64,000 nt of DNA from a virus: the IMG/VR virus record IMGVR_UViG_3300025133_000040, positions 47,832-111,831 of that record. One strand, 5' to 3'. Positions 1 through 9,932 of the stretch are shown in pieces. A program made the translations under genes and the position numbers. The notes beneath the pieces were generated by a model. It made no database searches. It was not told the origin of the DNA and worked only from the letters and a program-made list of their open reading frames with translations. How positions within the stretch are numbered: position 1 is the first letter of the stretch; each line of letters starts with the position of its first letter.

Positions 1-447
1 CTCTCTTTCCGCATTTACTAGATGCGCACGGTTCTTTGTTCTTAAAAATGCAAGGTAGCTTAGGAATGGTTTGACAGGAACGTCTGTCCATCGTAGCTCG
101 GAGATTCCCAAGCGGGTTTTGTTGTGTTGTGCTTGCTCAGCGTCACTGGTAGGGTCAACAAAGTGGCCACTGTTTAACTGACGGATGAACATAGAGCCAC
201 CAACCTTCATAGCACATGCTAGGTCACGGTCCTTAGCCATGATAGGGGTGCTATCTGGATACACTAGGCAATGTAGCACAGGGTTTCCGCTTTCGTCGAA
301 CGTATCGTTCTTACCAACAATCGTATAGACAATGGTCTCTGCCATGTCATCGCCTGCTGCTGCTTCAAATGTTTCAGGCTCTTTAACCGGGCGAAAAATT
401 GCACTATCGGCTTCGTCGTTAAAGGCTCTGTTCGGATTTCTAGCCAT
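1..447 (-). CDS. hypothetical protein (runs off the window edge)
   Basis: ATG at 447 after AGAAAAGAAAG; open frame MARNPNRAFNDEAD... to position 1. Confidence 0.65.
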   Translation of the reverse strand, partial: MARNPNRAFNDEADSAIFRPVKEPETFEAAAGDDMAETIVYTIVGKNDTFDESGNPVLHCLVYPDSTPIMAKDRDLACAMKVGGSMFIRQLNSGHFVDPTSDAEQAQHNKTRLGISELRWTDVPVKPFLSYLAFLRTKNRAHLVNAERE

Positions 448-820
448 TTATATCTTTCTTTCTTTTCTTAGGACTGCGAGTTTGCTTTCTGGACGCCAGC
501 TTATCGCCTCTTGCGTCTACAGGCACACGAGTACCACCATCTGGCATAGGCCCTTCATAAGGCTTACGCAGGTGTTCGGTATTCTCTTGGTTGATTTTGT
601 GCTTTTCGTCTTTACTGAGCTTGTCAGTATTCACGTCGGCCTTGTGGCCTAGCGACTGGGGGATTGTGGTAGATATACTAGCACATTCAGTGTAGTTTCT
701 AGTACATCTTTTCTTACCGCAGGATGGACAGGTAGGTCGAGAGGTGCTCGATTGGGCCATTGGATAGACCCTCTCAAACACTGTCTCGCATTTGTCACAC
801 TCAAAATTATAAGCGGGCAT
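440..820 (-). CDS. FmdB-family zinc-ribbon protein
   Basis: MPAYNFECDKC...CPSCG motif. Confidence 0.8.
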   Translation of the reverse strand: MPAYNFECDKCETVFERVYPMAQSSTSRPTCPSCGKKRCTRNYTECASISTTIPQSLGHKADVNTDKLSKDEKHKINQENTEHLRKPYEGPMPDGGTRVPVDARGDKLASRKQTRSPKKRKKDING

Positions 821-839
821 CTTTATTATACACCAATAC

Positions 840-1349
840 TTAGAGGATTTGTCCTAGTAAATCATAAAATTCCCGAGGGCTTTTAAGGGTTGTGTCCACC
901 CCTTTGCCATCTGCCAGAGCTAGATTAGCTACAGGCCCCATGTTATTGTCTTTGCCAAGTACAATAGAGCCCTTCTCTGTACAAAAGGTAACATCTCTCC
1001 AGGTAGCGCTAACGATGTTGCCCATATTTCTCTTCAAGGCTATTAGGGTATCGTCGTTGTCGGTCCAGTGAATTTCATACCCATCCATCTCATAGGCATA
1101 CTCCAAATCCTCAGTACAAAAACCATCGGGGAACAAATCCACACTCACAATTCGGACTTCGTCATCCGTTGGTGCGGCGTTAATCATTTTGCTCCTACGG
1201 AATTGACGCCACTCTCCTCTGTCTAGGTCATAGCCACTAATCAGGCCGTGATGGTGGTTTTCGGAGTTGTCAGAAGTGACATAGAGCCTACGAACAGCCC
1301 CAGGTTCGGAGCCAGCCTCGTAACGGAATTTAATTACTGTGCCTTGCAT
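840..1349 (-). CDS. WYL-like domain protein
   Basis: IKFRY...RRL...GYDLDRGEWRQFRRSKM matches the WYL pattern. Confidence 0.65.
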   Translation of the reverse strand: MQGTVIKFRYEAGSEPGAVRRLYVTSDNSENHHHGLISGYDLDRGEWRQFRRSKMINAAPTDDEVRIVSVDLFPDGFCTEDLEYAYEMDGYEIHWTDNDDTLIALKRNMGNIVSATWRDVTFCTEKGSIVLGKDNNMGPVANLALADGKGVDTTLKSPREFYDLLGQIL

Positions 1350-1393
1350 GTGGTTTCACCCTATAGAAGAATAACGAACGTGTCATATATTCA

Positions 1394-1421
1394 AGTATAG
1401 GGCAAAACCCACACAAGTCAA
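1394..1421 (-). promoter_or_regulatory. sigma70-like promoter TTGACT-N16-TATACT
   Basis: one of 17 copies of the motif; -35 overlaps the TGA stop of the HNH gene. Confidence 0.75.
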
Positions 1422-2104
1422 GCAATAAAAGCGTTGATTTCGTCCTCTACAGACTCGTCATCGTCGCTTTCAATGTAAGACTCACCAAGGCCAGCAGCCT
1501 CACGAGCCTCAATAATTTGCCTATATCTTTTAGTTAGATGCGGCTCCCACTCTGGTTCAATTTTGTTCCAGGGAGTTAGACCTAAGATATAGTGAGCGGA
1601 ACTAGGAGCCTTGGGCCGATAGCCATTAATTAGACGGAAAGAGGTGTCTATAAGCTTGCTGTCAGCCTTCTCGCTGTTGCACGTACCGCAACATGTAACA
1701 ATATTTGTCCATGTCGTGGGGCTCCCGCGCCTGTTTTGTTCCTTCCATAGCTTACGAGGGACAACATGGTCAAGAGTAAGCATGGCTATGTCAGGATACA
1801 CCTCACCGCAGTACATACAAGTAGACTTATCTCTAATGTAGATATTCTTACGGGAGAATTTAATCTTGCCCTTCCTAGGCTTATACCTAGGAACCACGCC
1901 AACGGCTGGCACAGGGTATTTTCTGCCATGAGTTCCTAGAATGTACTCACTCTTGTAGAAATCAATAACATTAATACCCTTGCTAGGGTCTTCTGAGTAT
2001 TTCCAACTGTCTTTGACAGCTTCCCTCCAGTTGAGCATACCCAAAGAAGTCCAGTCGGCGTTTAAAACTAAACACCTACCATGATTCTTCCTCGTAGTGG
2101 GCAT
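1418..2104 (-). CDS. HNH endonuclease (McrA-like)
   Basis: CLVLNAD, FSRKNIYIRDKSTCMYCG, TLDHVVP, WTNIVTCCGTCNSEK; start moved to MPTTRK. Confidence 0.9.
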   Translation of the reverse strand: MPTTRKNHGRCLVLNADWTSLGMLNWREAVKDSWKYSEDPSKGINVIDFYKSEYILGTHGRKYPVPAVGVVPRYKPRKGKIKFSRKNIYIRDKSTCMYCGEVYPDIAMLTLDHVVPRKLWKEQNRRGSPTTWTNIVTCCGTCNSEKADSKLIDTSFRLINGYRPKAPSSAHYILGLTPWNKIEPEWEPHLTKRYRQIIEAREAAGLGESYIESDDDESVEDEINAFIA

Positions 2105-2828
2105 AACTCGGTTCGCAGATTCTCTGTACGCCATTTTCCAAATCCTCAATACGGTCCACGATTCTCTGAACTAATTCAGAGCGGACAATGTCGTCCTTAG
2201 TCAAGTGAGAAACCCCTACACCCCTCACATCCTGCAATGTCTCAGCCAACCTCAACATACTGCCAGCTACGCCATCATTCAGGTCTGTTTGGTCTGGGTC
2301 TCCTGTGATTACCATTGTACTACCAAATCCGATTCGAGTCAAGGCACTTTTTAGCTGTCCGTAGGAAGCATTTTGAGCCTCGTCAAGGATAATGAAGGAG
2401 TTTTTGAATGTCCTACCCCTCATATTGCCTAGAGTACACACTTCAATGGTCTCTCTATTGAGCAATCTTCTGAAGTCGTCTTCAGTAAGGTAGTTCTTCA
2501 TTTCGTCGTAGATAGGGCGTAAGAACGGCATGGTCTTCTTCTCTAATGTGCCAGGAAGAAAGCCGGTACGTTCATTTTCGATAGTCACAAGAGGACGGGT
2601 AACGATAATCTTCTCGTAGTTACCCTTAGCTAGACCTAGGATAGCTTCTGATGCAGCTATAAAGGTTTTACCAGTGCCAGGGGGGCCTATTGCAAACGTC
2701 ACCTCATTTCGATGTATCGTTTTTAGGTAGGATTTTTGCCCTGGAGTCTTAGCCGTAACTTCCCATTGTTTTAAGTTAAGGCCAGTGTCTTCTCGTTGAC
2801 TTTTTCGTTGTTTTCTGCGTGTTGGCAT
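2076..2828 (-). CDS. phoH: PhoH-like ATPase
   Basis: GPPGTGKT, GFLPG, MRGRTF, ILDEAQN, TGDPDQTD. Confidence 0.95.
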   Translation of the reverse strand: MPTRRKQRKSQREDTGLNLKQWEVTAKTPGQKSYLKTIHRNEVTFAIGPPGTGKTFIAASEAILGLAKGNYEKIIVTRPLVTIENERTGFLPGTLEKKTMPFLRPIYDEMKNYLTEDDFRRLLNRETIEVCTLGNMRGRTFKNSFIILDEAQNASYGQLKSALTRIGFGSTMVITGDPDQTDLNDGVAGSMLRLAETLQDVRGVGVSHLTKDDIVRSELVQRIVDRIEDLENGVQRICEPSYAHYEEESW

Positions 2829-2874
2829 GGGATTGTCTCTCAAGTTAGTAGTAGTATTGTCCATCGCCCTATCC

Positions 2875-5199
2875 TTACACGATACACGCACCTCCTGCGC
2901 AGGCTATCGCCTCTTCTGGTGCTGTGTTGTCTTCCGTTTCAATCATAAGAAGGTAATCTACCTTCTGGAAGCTCTCTTTTAGGTCGCAATATCGTTTCCA
3001 GTTGTACACGTCCTTTAGGCAGTACGTCAGTTTTTTAGTGTCGTCACCAAAATATTTCTTAGCATACTTCTTTGCATTTCTCATAAAGTTTAGTCGCTTT
3101 GCAGCCAACTCAGCTATCTTGTGAAACTCTTCAACAGTTTCAGCATCGCCATCGAACGCATCCTTCCACTGGTCATTCAGGATAAAGTCACAAGCCGCCC
3201 ACAGGTCTTCGTCGAACACCTTTAAGGCGTCCTCAATAAGCCCTGAGGTCCATATAGCAGCGTCACCATACTCTCTCACGATTTCCTTGGAGGTGTACAC
3301 AGCCGTGAACGGTGCCTGTTTGTAGTCCTTGTCGCCTGATTGGGGCAGCAAAGAGATACCGCAAAAGTATTCTCGGTTACCGTAGATAAACTTGGAAACA
3401 TCACCCCATTCATCTGGTTGGACCGTTATAGTATTACTCACATTATGACGTAGCCAGGGTTGTGTACACAGGGATTCCCTTGTGCCTGCCTCAACCCAGT
3501 TTTGCTGAGTGCTTTTAACCAGTTTGAGTAGGTCAACAGCCGCCATTTGGTTTTTAGTCTTCGCTCCGTTAGGAACTTCAATAGGGAAGTAGATAACGTC
3601 GTCTGTTTTATTGGCTGACCACACCGATTCTTCGCACGCCTTAGGGTTCTTCATCTTGAAGAACTGATAAGGGGCTTCGTCTTTGTTGGCTTGCACCAGT
3701 CTCAAGTATCTCTTCGCATGGTGGGGGTGGATGCCTGAGCTAGTACCTAGCACACAACTTGATGTGCCTTCTGGCTTTAAGCATGTAGCACGAGCGGCTT
3801 GGTTGATGCCTATAGCCTTGGCTATCCTCTTGTTTGTGTCAAGCACAACCTGAGCACCCTCTCTTTGAATCTTAGGGTCAAGCACAATGTCGGTCTTCTC
3901 CATTGTACCTGTCATAGAGACACCTAAAAGGGCCTCTCGTCTAAATATAGCTTCCGAAGTAGCCCCCAAGTACGGGAACGAGGTGAACCCAGCTTGGAGA
4001 GTGCCAATAATTGCTGCGGCTTTACAGCGTTCAAGGAAATCTTCTTTGTCTTTGACCGAACCAGAGTTAATGGTACAGAGATTACATCCCTGCCAGCCAG
4101 ACTTGAGGCCAATTTTTCCAAGGTCGCCTGTGTATCCTCCACCTTTGTACTTCTCCATGTAGGCGTCATACTTTGCTTGGTCTACCACGTCGTAGCACCA
4201 GAACTGAATCTCAACACACGGATTAAACAGGGCTTCCTCGTCGTCGGCCCAGACAAACCCAGGCTCACCAAATTGCTTTGTATGCTCAAGCAACGCATTG
4301 AACTGCTCAAAGGAAGTCTTGCCACGAATAAGGATAGCTGAGTTGTTTGAACGAGCACGCTGAGGGTTCTCCTTGCGCCAGTTGCCAGTCTTAGCCCGAG
4401 CCATTTCCAAGTCGTCAGGACTGAAGATAGCAATAGTTGCTGAGCGTCGTACGCCGCCACTTAACACAGCGTCGGAGGTGTGCATACATAAGTCGTAAGC
4501 GTCGATGGGTCGTAAGCGAGTCTGGCCATCTGTGATACAGCGGTCTAGCAGCTCACGAATCTTCTCAAGGGAATTGCGTAGGCCGTCAGGACCAGGAGCT
4601 TTACCAGTACCAGCACTCAGGCGAGCACCTTTTTCTCTAATCTTACTGTAGTCAAATTCTACCTTGCCGCACTTGTCAGGGTCGTATTCAGCAAACTCTT
4701 CCATACCCTCTTGGACACCGAAGTAATTAGTAAGCAAGACACCTAGCGCATCTGACCAGCCCTCAATAGTGTCTGGTATCTCATATGTTTTCACATTAGA
4801 CTGCACGCCTACATAAAATGACGGCAGCTTAGCGACGTGGTGCTTCTGAACACTGAACCCTGCTCCACAACCACATAGCAAGAGCCAAAAGAACTCCTGA
4901 AAGAAACGGGGGCGGTCGCAGTAGCTTGACACGCAATTAAAACAGCGAGCGTGCTTCTTCATCATTGGCTTACCGCCAAACTGCAATGCTCGCTGACTTC
5001 CTAGGACACGTTTCTTGTGGGACATGTCATACGCCCAATTAATATCTTCCTCAATATTAAATTCAGAGTACTTGTCAAGCATCATACTTCGTACTCTGTC
5101 AATGGCTTCCTTCCAAGTCTCTCTTCTGTACTCTTTCTCTATCCACCTTGCGTACTTCGCTGTAAAGGTGTAACTCATTAGCTCTTGTGTTACCGACAT
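2875..5199 (-). CDS. nrdJ: monomeric class II (adenosylcobalamin-dependent) ribonucleoside-triphosphate reductase
   Basis: GGVRRSA, NPCVEI, CNLC, TCLKPEGTSS, C-terminal CAGGAC. Confidence 0.92.
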   Translation of the reverse strand: MSVTQELMSYTFTAKYARWIEKEYRRETWKEAIDRVRSMMLDKYSEFNIEEDINWAYDMSHKKRVLGSQRALQFGGKPMMKKHARCFNCVSSYCDRPRFFQEFFWLLLCGCGAGFSVQKHHVAKLPSFYVGVQSNVKTYEIPDTIEGWSDALGVLLTNYFGVQEGMEEFAEYDPDKCGKVEFDYSKIREKGARLSAGTGKAPGPDGLRNSLEKIRELLDRCITDGQTRLRPIDAYDLCMHTSDAVLSGGVRRSATIAIFSPDDLEMARAKTGNWRKENPQRARSNNSAILIRGKTSFEQFNALLEHTKQFGEPGFVWADDEEALFNPCVEIQFWCYDVVDQAKYDAYMEKYKGGGYTGDLGKIGLKSGWQGCNLCTINSGSVKDKEDFLERCKAAAIIGTLQAGFTSFPYLGATSEAIFRREALLGVSMTGTMEKTDIVLDPKIQREGAQVVLDTNKRIAKAIGINQAARATCLKPEGTSSCVLGTSSGIHPHHAKRYLRLVQANKDEAPYQFFKMKNPKACEESVWSANKTDDVIYFPIEVPNGAKTKNQMAAVDLLKLVKSTQQNWVEAGTRESLCTQPWLRHNVSNTITVQPDEWGDVSKFIYGNREYFCGISLLPQSGDKDYKQAPFTAVYTSKEIVREYGDAAIWTSGLIEDALKVFDEDLWAACDFILNDQWKDAFDGDAETVEEFHKIAELAAKRLNFMRNAKKYAKKYFGDDTKKLTYCLKDVYNWKRYCDLKESFQKVDYLLMIETEDNTAPEEAIACAGGACIV

Positions 5200-5209
5200 T
5201 GTTAATCCG

Positions 5210-5479
5210 TTATGTTGTTTTCTTTGCTTGTTGTTTCTCAGCGTACTTAGATGCTTCCCTGGCTAGTTTGTCAGCGGCCTTGCCCTTAGGTAGTTCGCTC
5301 TTAGCTGCTGACGTTCTTCTTTTGTTTCTGCGGGGCTTGCCTTGATACTTAAGGTAGAAATCTGAGATTGCGCCTGCATCATCAGACCTAAGCACTTTAC
5401 GTTGACCAGTAGGATTTCCTTGAGCATCTTTTACGTACAAAACCAACTCAAAGTTTTTACTATCTTGTTTTTCCTTCAT
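5210..5479 (-). CDS. hypothetical basic protein
   Basis: ORF with GAGAGG RBS. Confidence 0.7.
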   Translation of the reverse strand: MKEKQDSKNFELVLYVKDAQGNPTGQRKVLRSDDAGAISDFYLKYQGKPRRNKRRTSAAKSELPKGKAADKLAREASKYAEKQQAKKTT

Positions 5480-5496
5480 ACTATATCCTCTCTAGA

Positions 5497-5530
5497 TAAA
5501 AAAAGACCCGCCACACGAGATGACGGGTCG
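5497..5530 (-). terminator. intrinsic terminator
   Basis: GACCCGTCA...TGGCGGGTC hairpin followed by T7 on - strand. Confidence 0.8.
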
Positions 5531-5715
5531 TAATTTTTGACAGCGACACAATTAAGTTTTGGACCTTCTGTGATACTGGGTTAAAGTTGCTCAACGGTAG
5601 TTAACACGTTTTTCTTGTCAATGTTTAAGTATCATCACGGTCCAGAGTGTGGGTCGGAGAGGTGTCGCTGTAACGGGCGTTATTGAAAATGCTGCCGCTC
5701 TTTATGTTCCCCGAC
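5531..5715 (-). ncRNA. candidate structured RNA / leader upstream of the nrdJ operon
   Basis: nested helices ACAGCGACAC/GTGTCGCTGT, TGGACC/GGTCCA, GATACT/AGTATC between a TGTATAAT box and a terminator. Confidence 0.55.
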
Positions 5716-5722
5716 TATCTTA

Positions 5723-6319
5723 TTATACACCTGGAAAAGTCATCTCTCGGAATAACATTTTCCCAAATGCTAAGTGTTTAAATATTTCCATAAAAACTAC
5801 GTAATCTTCTGTCTCTGCGGCCTTATGTGGGCGTCCAGCGTGTATCACCTCCACAACACCGGCCTGTCTCATAAGCATTGTACAGTATTCACAGGTAAGG
5901 TTGGTGACATACACCTTGGAGCCCTTAAGGGATGTTCCATTGTAGGCAGCGTTGCAGATACCGTTAGCTTCTGAGTGTACCATCCACTCATACTTAGCCT
6001 TGAGCCTACCTGTTTCATCTCTCATGTTAGGTAAAACAGAATCGTCGAAATCCCTGGGGAAACCATTGTAACCAGTGACTAGCTCTTTGTTATCCCTTAC
6101 GAAGACACAGCCAACTTTTGTTTGAGCGTCATGGCTACGCTTAGCAACGTCAAAGGCCCTACCCATAAAGAAAGTGTCCCAGCAGGGCCTCTCGTGGGGG
6201 ACTTGAAATTCCTTGTATTCCTCAAGGCGTTTTCTAGCTGCGGAGGATAGCTTAGGAGGTCTGCTAACAGCCCTGCCTTGCCATACCCCATCTTCTGTAT
6301 AATATGATTCCCTTGCCAT
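5723..6319 (-). CDS. dCMP deaminase
   Basis: WDTFFM, KVGCV, TGYNGFP, HSEAN, CEYC zinc motif. Confidence 0.92.
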   Translation of the reverse strand: MARESYYTEDGVWQGRAVSRPPKLSSAARKRLEEYKEFQVPHERPCWDTFFMGRAFDVAKRSHDAQTKVGCVFVRDNKELVTGYNGFPRDFDDSVLPNMRDETGRLKAKYEWMVHSEANGICNAAYNGTSLKGSKVYVTNLTCEYCTMLMRQAGVVEVIHAGRPHKAAETEDYVVFMEIFKHLAFGKMLFREMTFPGV

Positions 6320-6349
6320 GTCTAAAGTATAGACTTGGAACCCTTAAAG

Positions 6350-6736
6350 TCAAGCTTGTTTTTCTCTTCTGCGGTATTTATTCCAGAACACCCAACCACC
6401 CACACGTAGGGCTGCCCAGCAAAGAAATGCTTGGAACTTATTGGCGTGATGGCTGCCAGCGATGGCGCACTTATACCAGATACTATCAGCACGATAGCGA
6501 GAAACCTTGCCGGTTTCATAAAGATGGTCGTGAACGACTCCAGCGATGTCAACCTTAGACCATCGCACCACCCCCCGGCCAAACCAGGGGATGCTGCTAT
6601 AATCTGTTGTAAAATTCTCTGGAACTATAATGGTTATTCCGTCTACTTTAACAGCCAAGACACGAAGCAAACGACGCCTGCCGTTGCCTAGTCTTTCTAT
6701 TCGTAGCGGCCCACTGATAAGTTGTGCTTCTTCCAT
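6350..6736 (-). CDS. DUF1353-like phage protein
   Basis: VPENFTTDYSSIP...AGVVHDHLY. Confidence 0.8.
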   Translation of the reverse strand: MEEAQLISGPLRIERLGNGRRRLLRVLAVKVDGITIIVPENFTTDYSSIPWFGRGVVRWSKVDIAGVVHDHLYETGKVSRYRADSIWYKCAIAGSHHANKFQAFLCWAALRVGGWVFWNKYRRREKQA

Positions 6737-6738
6737 GG

Positions 6739-7164
6739 TTAGCTAAATACTTGAAAGGCGTTAAGAATTAGACCAATTACCAAGCCTATAACACTAACAA
6801 CAGAGGTGATACCTACTACGGTAGCGTACATATTAGAAATTCCTAATGTGTTTTTATCTACCTTATCTTCAAGCTCACCCATCTCCTGTCTGTAGTTACT
6901 TTCTACAGACATTTGAAGCTCATATATTTTCTTGACAAAGTCAACACGAAATGCGTTGAGTGCTTCTTGAATTTTTACGGCATCTGCTGTTCTAGCTTTG
7001 GCTTCTTCACGTACAGTAATATCAATCCTCTCCAACTCTTGGAGGATTAACCTTTTATACTCTACGAAATTATCTGCTTTATCGGGCATCGACTTACTTT
7101 CGGGTTGCTTATCTGGTTTTCTAGACATAATATCTGCCCACAAAAAAAATATCGGCAGCCTCAT
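6739..7164 (-). CDS. coiled-coil protein with C-terminal TM helix
   Basis: hydrophobic C-terminus; true start probably MSRKPDK. Confidence 0.65.
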   Translation of the reverse strand: MRLPIFFLWADIMSRKPDKQPESKSMPDKADNFVEYKRLILQELERIDITVREEAKARTADAVKIQEALNAFRVDFVKKIYELQMSVESNYRQEMGELEDKVDKNTLGISNMYATVVGITSVVSVIGLVIGLILNAFQVFS

Positions 7165-7189
7165 ATTTCAGAGACTACCGATACCCATA

Positions 7190-8017
7190 TTAACCTACAG
7201 TCTTAGCGCTGTAATCATCCTGCTCAGGCAATGGCTTACCTGTACGGTAAACTAGCTCGCCAGGAATGGCTAAGGTTGGTGCAGCAGCATTGTCAGTACC
7301 CATCGTGGATGCGTCGTCCGCAACCGTTGGGGCAGTAGAGAATGTACCGCTGTAGATGTTCCAGTAACCAGCACGAATGGCTGTAGCTACACGATTGGTT
7401 CGCATGTGTTCTAGCTTGTGGATAGAACGACGAACGCCGAAGTCACTTGCGCCAGAGCGAAGGACTGTGTTAGACTGACCTGCAAGGGTAGTCGTAACCT
7501 TACGCATAACATAAGCACCAGCCGTCATCGTGGCAAAATTGCCAGCAGCAGCTCGGTACGCCAAGGTTCCTTCACCTAGACCGTCACTAGGAAGGTCAGT
7601 AGTGAAAGTGTTAGTGGTCTCTGCGGTAACCCGCTGAGGACCATGGTAGATACTATTAGTATCTGACACATTGATAATATCACCAACACTTAGAACGTGG
7701 CTTGCCAATGTGTAGACAGAGAAACCGCCAGCGGTTGCAGCAACACTAGTAACAGCCACAGAAGCACCCCACTGAGCAGAACCAACATTGATGCCGCCAA
7801 GTACCAAGGAGCCGTAATGAGGACGACCACGGTCGCCAAAGGGAACGTCGGTCATGCCGATGCTCGTTGTTCCACCAGTACCTAGACCAGTAGCTCGACC
7901 CTTGTTGAGGTCGGTTGTGCTTGCACCTGAGGCTGAGCCTGCGGTGTCATAATAATCGTTGCCTGCGGAAGGATTTACCAACAGGTAAGGGTCGTAAAGA
8001 CCGAAATGGCCACCCAT
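7190..8017 (-). CDS. probable virion structural protein
   Basis: Gly/Ala/Thr/Ser-rich, beta-rich composition. Confidence 0.55.
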   Translation of the reverse strand: MGGHFGLYDPYLLVNPSAGNDYYDTAGSASGASTTDLNKGRATGLGTGGTTSIGMTDVPFGDRGRPHYGSLVLGGINVGSAQWGASVAVTSVAATAGGFSVYTLASHVLSVGDIINVSDTNSIYHGPQRVTAETTNTFTTDLPSDGLGEGTLAYRAAAGNFATMTAGAYVMRKVTTTLAGQSNTVLRSGASDFGVRRSIHKLEHMRTNRVATAIRAGYWNIYSGTFSTAPTVADDASTMGTDNAAAPTLAIPGELVYRTGKPLPEQDDYSAKTVG

Positions 8018-8052
8018 AATACTACTCTTTCTTAAAGTAGTTAATCAAGTTC

Positions 8053-8703
8053 CTAGTGTGTCCTATCTTTTGAGTTCCTGTTCATACTATTATACACCGC
8101 CATTGGCGATTGGAAGTTAATTCCATATATATTAGATGTCTTTACAGTGTCATATTGGTTTGACTTCCAGATTTTCCCGTTAGTTATGCAGGATACTCCG
8201 TACTTTTCCTGCAATTCTAAGGCCCATAGCAGGTTGTCAGAAAAATCGTCAAGAAAATTCCCATTAGACGGGTAGAAATACTCAACCCCCAGGTCGCACG
8301 CAATAGCCGTCACTTCGTAGATGGTCTTACTATCCATGGCGCGATAGTCTAGCATGACCCTGAGGGTAGACCCGTGCTCCTCACACACCTTCCTCTGGGA
8401 CTCTATATCGTCGGCAACCAGCTCAAGTTTGCGGTTGGCCGTCCATACGGTGGGTATGACCAGATTGATGGCGTTGGCCCCTCGCCTAATAGCAGAAAGG
8501 GCTGAGTGGCTACGGACAGACGACTCCAGGGTGTTCACTTCTGCCGCAATATCTATATCTTTTTTGACCACCTCGCGGAACAAAGGGATAAAAAACGGGC
8601 TCGTAAGTACGCTATTGCACCCTAGCTCTATAGACTGGAAGAAGCCCTGTAGGGCATCATCCTCTTTAAGGTCTCTTCCTTTGATTGTTACTTCCTTATA
8701 CAC
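8053..8703 (-). CDS. degenerate deoxyribose-phosphate aldolase (DeoC)-like TIM barrel
   Basis: AIRRGANAINLVI, DDI, LRVMLD, GVEYFYPSNG; catalytic lysines appear absent. Confidence 0.65.
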   Translation of the reverse strand: MYKEVTIKGRDLKEDDALQGFFQSIELGCNSVLTSPFFIPLFREVVKKDIDIAAEVNTLESSVRSHSALSAIRRGANAINLVIPTVWTANRKLELVADDIESQRKVCEEHGSTLRVMLDYRAMDSKTIYEVTAIACDLGVEYFYPSNGNFLDDFSDNLLWALELQEKYGVSCITNGKIWKSNQYDTVKTSNIYGINFQSPMAVYNSMNRNSKDRTH

Positions 8704-9397
8704 TTAGCACTTTCTCCCTAGCCTTGGCTGTAGTCTCATACCCTTCGTCACCGATTACGCCGTCAGCAAAACCATAATAGACCGCCTCTTTAGCGGTGAG
8801 CCACCACTCCTCTTTCAGGTCCATCTTCTTCTGAAGGAACGTCTTAACGGCCTTTTCCCCCATGTTTCTTTCCTTGAAGTATTCACCACCAACGCACACT
8901 CTAACGTAGTTGTCAAGCATAACGTCACAGGTCTTCTTTAGTTGCTCGGCCTCGGTTAGGAACTGCTTAGAGGTTCCAACCATACCTGCGCTACCATGGT
9001 GAATCATAAAAGAACAATTAGGCATCAACAGCCTTGTGTCTGCTGCCTGCATCATAATGCTGCTCATAGAAACAGCCCAGCCATGAGAGATAGACAGGAT
9101 GTGGCAGGTAGAATGGGCAATGGCATCGTATATAGCCATCCCGTAGGGCCACTCACCACCAGTACAACAGAAGTGTACTGTTATGGGTTCACTATCAAAG
9201 GCTTCCAGGTATCTCAGATTCTTTATAAAGACATTAGCCACGCTAAAATCTATACCTGATTCTAAGCTTTCATCGTCGTAAGATTCTGAGTTAACGAATA
9301 TCTCTTTGGAGTCTATATGAATACCTTGATTGTGCATTACTTCCAGCGCCCCGTGCCTCTGGGGTACTGTTCTTTTCTTTACACTAGGTATTGCCAT
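8696..9397 (-). CDS. clpP: ClpP-like protease subunit
   Basis: GGEWPYGMAIYDAI, AVSMSS (Ser), FMIHH (His), LTAKEAVYYGFADGVI. Confidence 0.9.
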   Translation of the reverse strand: MAIPSVKKRTVPQRHGALEVMHNQGIHIDSKEIFVNSESYDDESLESGIDFSVANVFIKNLRYLEAFDSEPITVHFCCTGGEWPYGMAIYDAIAHSTCHILSISHGWAVSMSSIMMQAADTRLLMPNCSFMIHHGSAGMVGTSKQFLTEAEQLKKTCDVMLDNYVRVCVGGEYFKERNMGEKAVKTFLQKKMDLKEEWWLTAKEAVYYGFADGVIGDEGYETTAKAREKVLSV

Positions 9398-9932
9398 TTT
9401 TTACTCCGTCCGTTTCCTTAGTTGTCTCGTCCAACAACCACGGAACAGATGATGGGTCTTGAGCACTGAGCAAGTCAGTGATGCGCTTACGGCTCCTCTT
9501 CTGTTGGTGGGGCTTGGTCTCTAGATTTTTAAAGTGCTCGTCAACTTGCTTGCTAATGCTGCTAAACACCTCACTGGGCTTGAATAGCTTACCTACGGCG
9601 ATTCTCATACGTAAAGGAGACATAACCTCAAAGGACTCGACGCCTAAAGTTTCTGATACAATTTCACAAATCGGATAGCTAATATTAAAGGAGGTATGAC
9701 CCTGCCAAAAATTCATAATATCCATAAGAGCCCTAGGGCCAACGAGAGGTATGACGCCATGGTCACTAATTAGAACTCTGTGTTTTTTACCTACAGGGTG
9801 AGGCCCATCAAGGGGTTCGCCTTCAAATTCGTCGTCAAGTCTATCGTCTGCGTCTGGGTCATAGTCAAACTCTGTGTCGTCAGCAAATGGGCTTGCCCAC
9901 TTCTCCCAAACGATTAGGTTTTTATTTTTCAT
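9384..9932 (-). CDS. hypothetical protein
   Basis: TAATG translational coupling to thyA. Confidence 0.75.
   Translation of the reverse strand: MKNKNLIVWEKWASPFADDTEFDYDPDADDRLDDEFEGEPLDGPHPVGKKHRVLISDHGVIPLVGPRALMDIMNFWQGHTSFNISYPICEIVSETLGVESFEVMSPLRMRIAVGKLFKPSEVFSSISKQVDEHFKNLETKPHQQKRSRKRITDLLSAQDPSSVPWLLDETTKETDGVKNGNT

Noticed and set aside
2875-5199. Intein or group I intron in nrdJ (or thyA)
   Set aside because: The frames are continuous and of normal length, with no intein motifs
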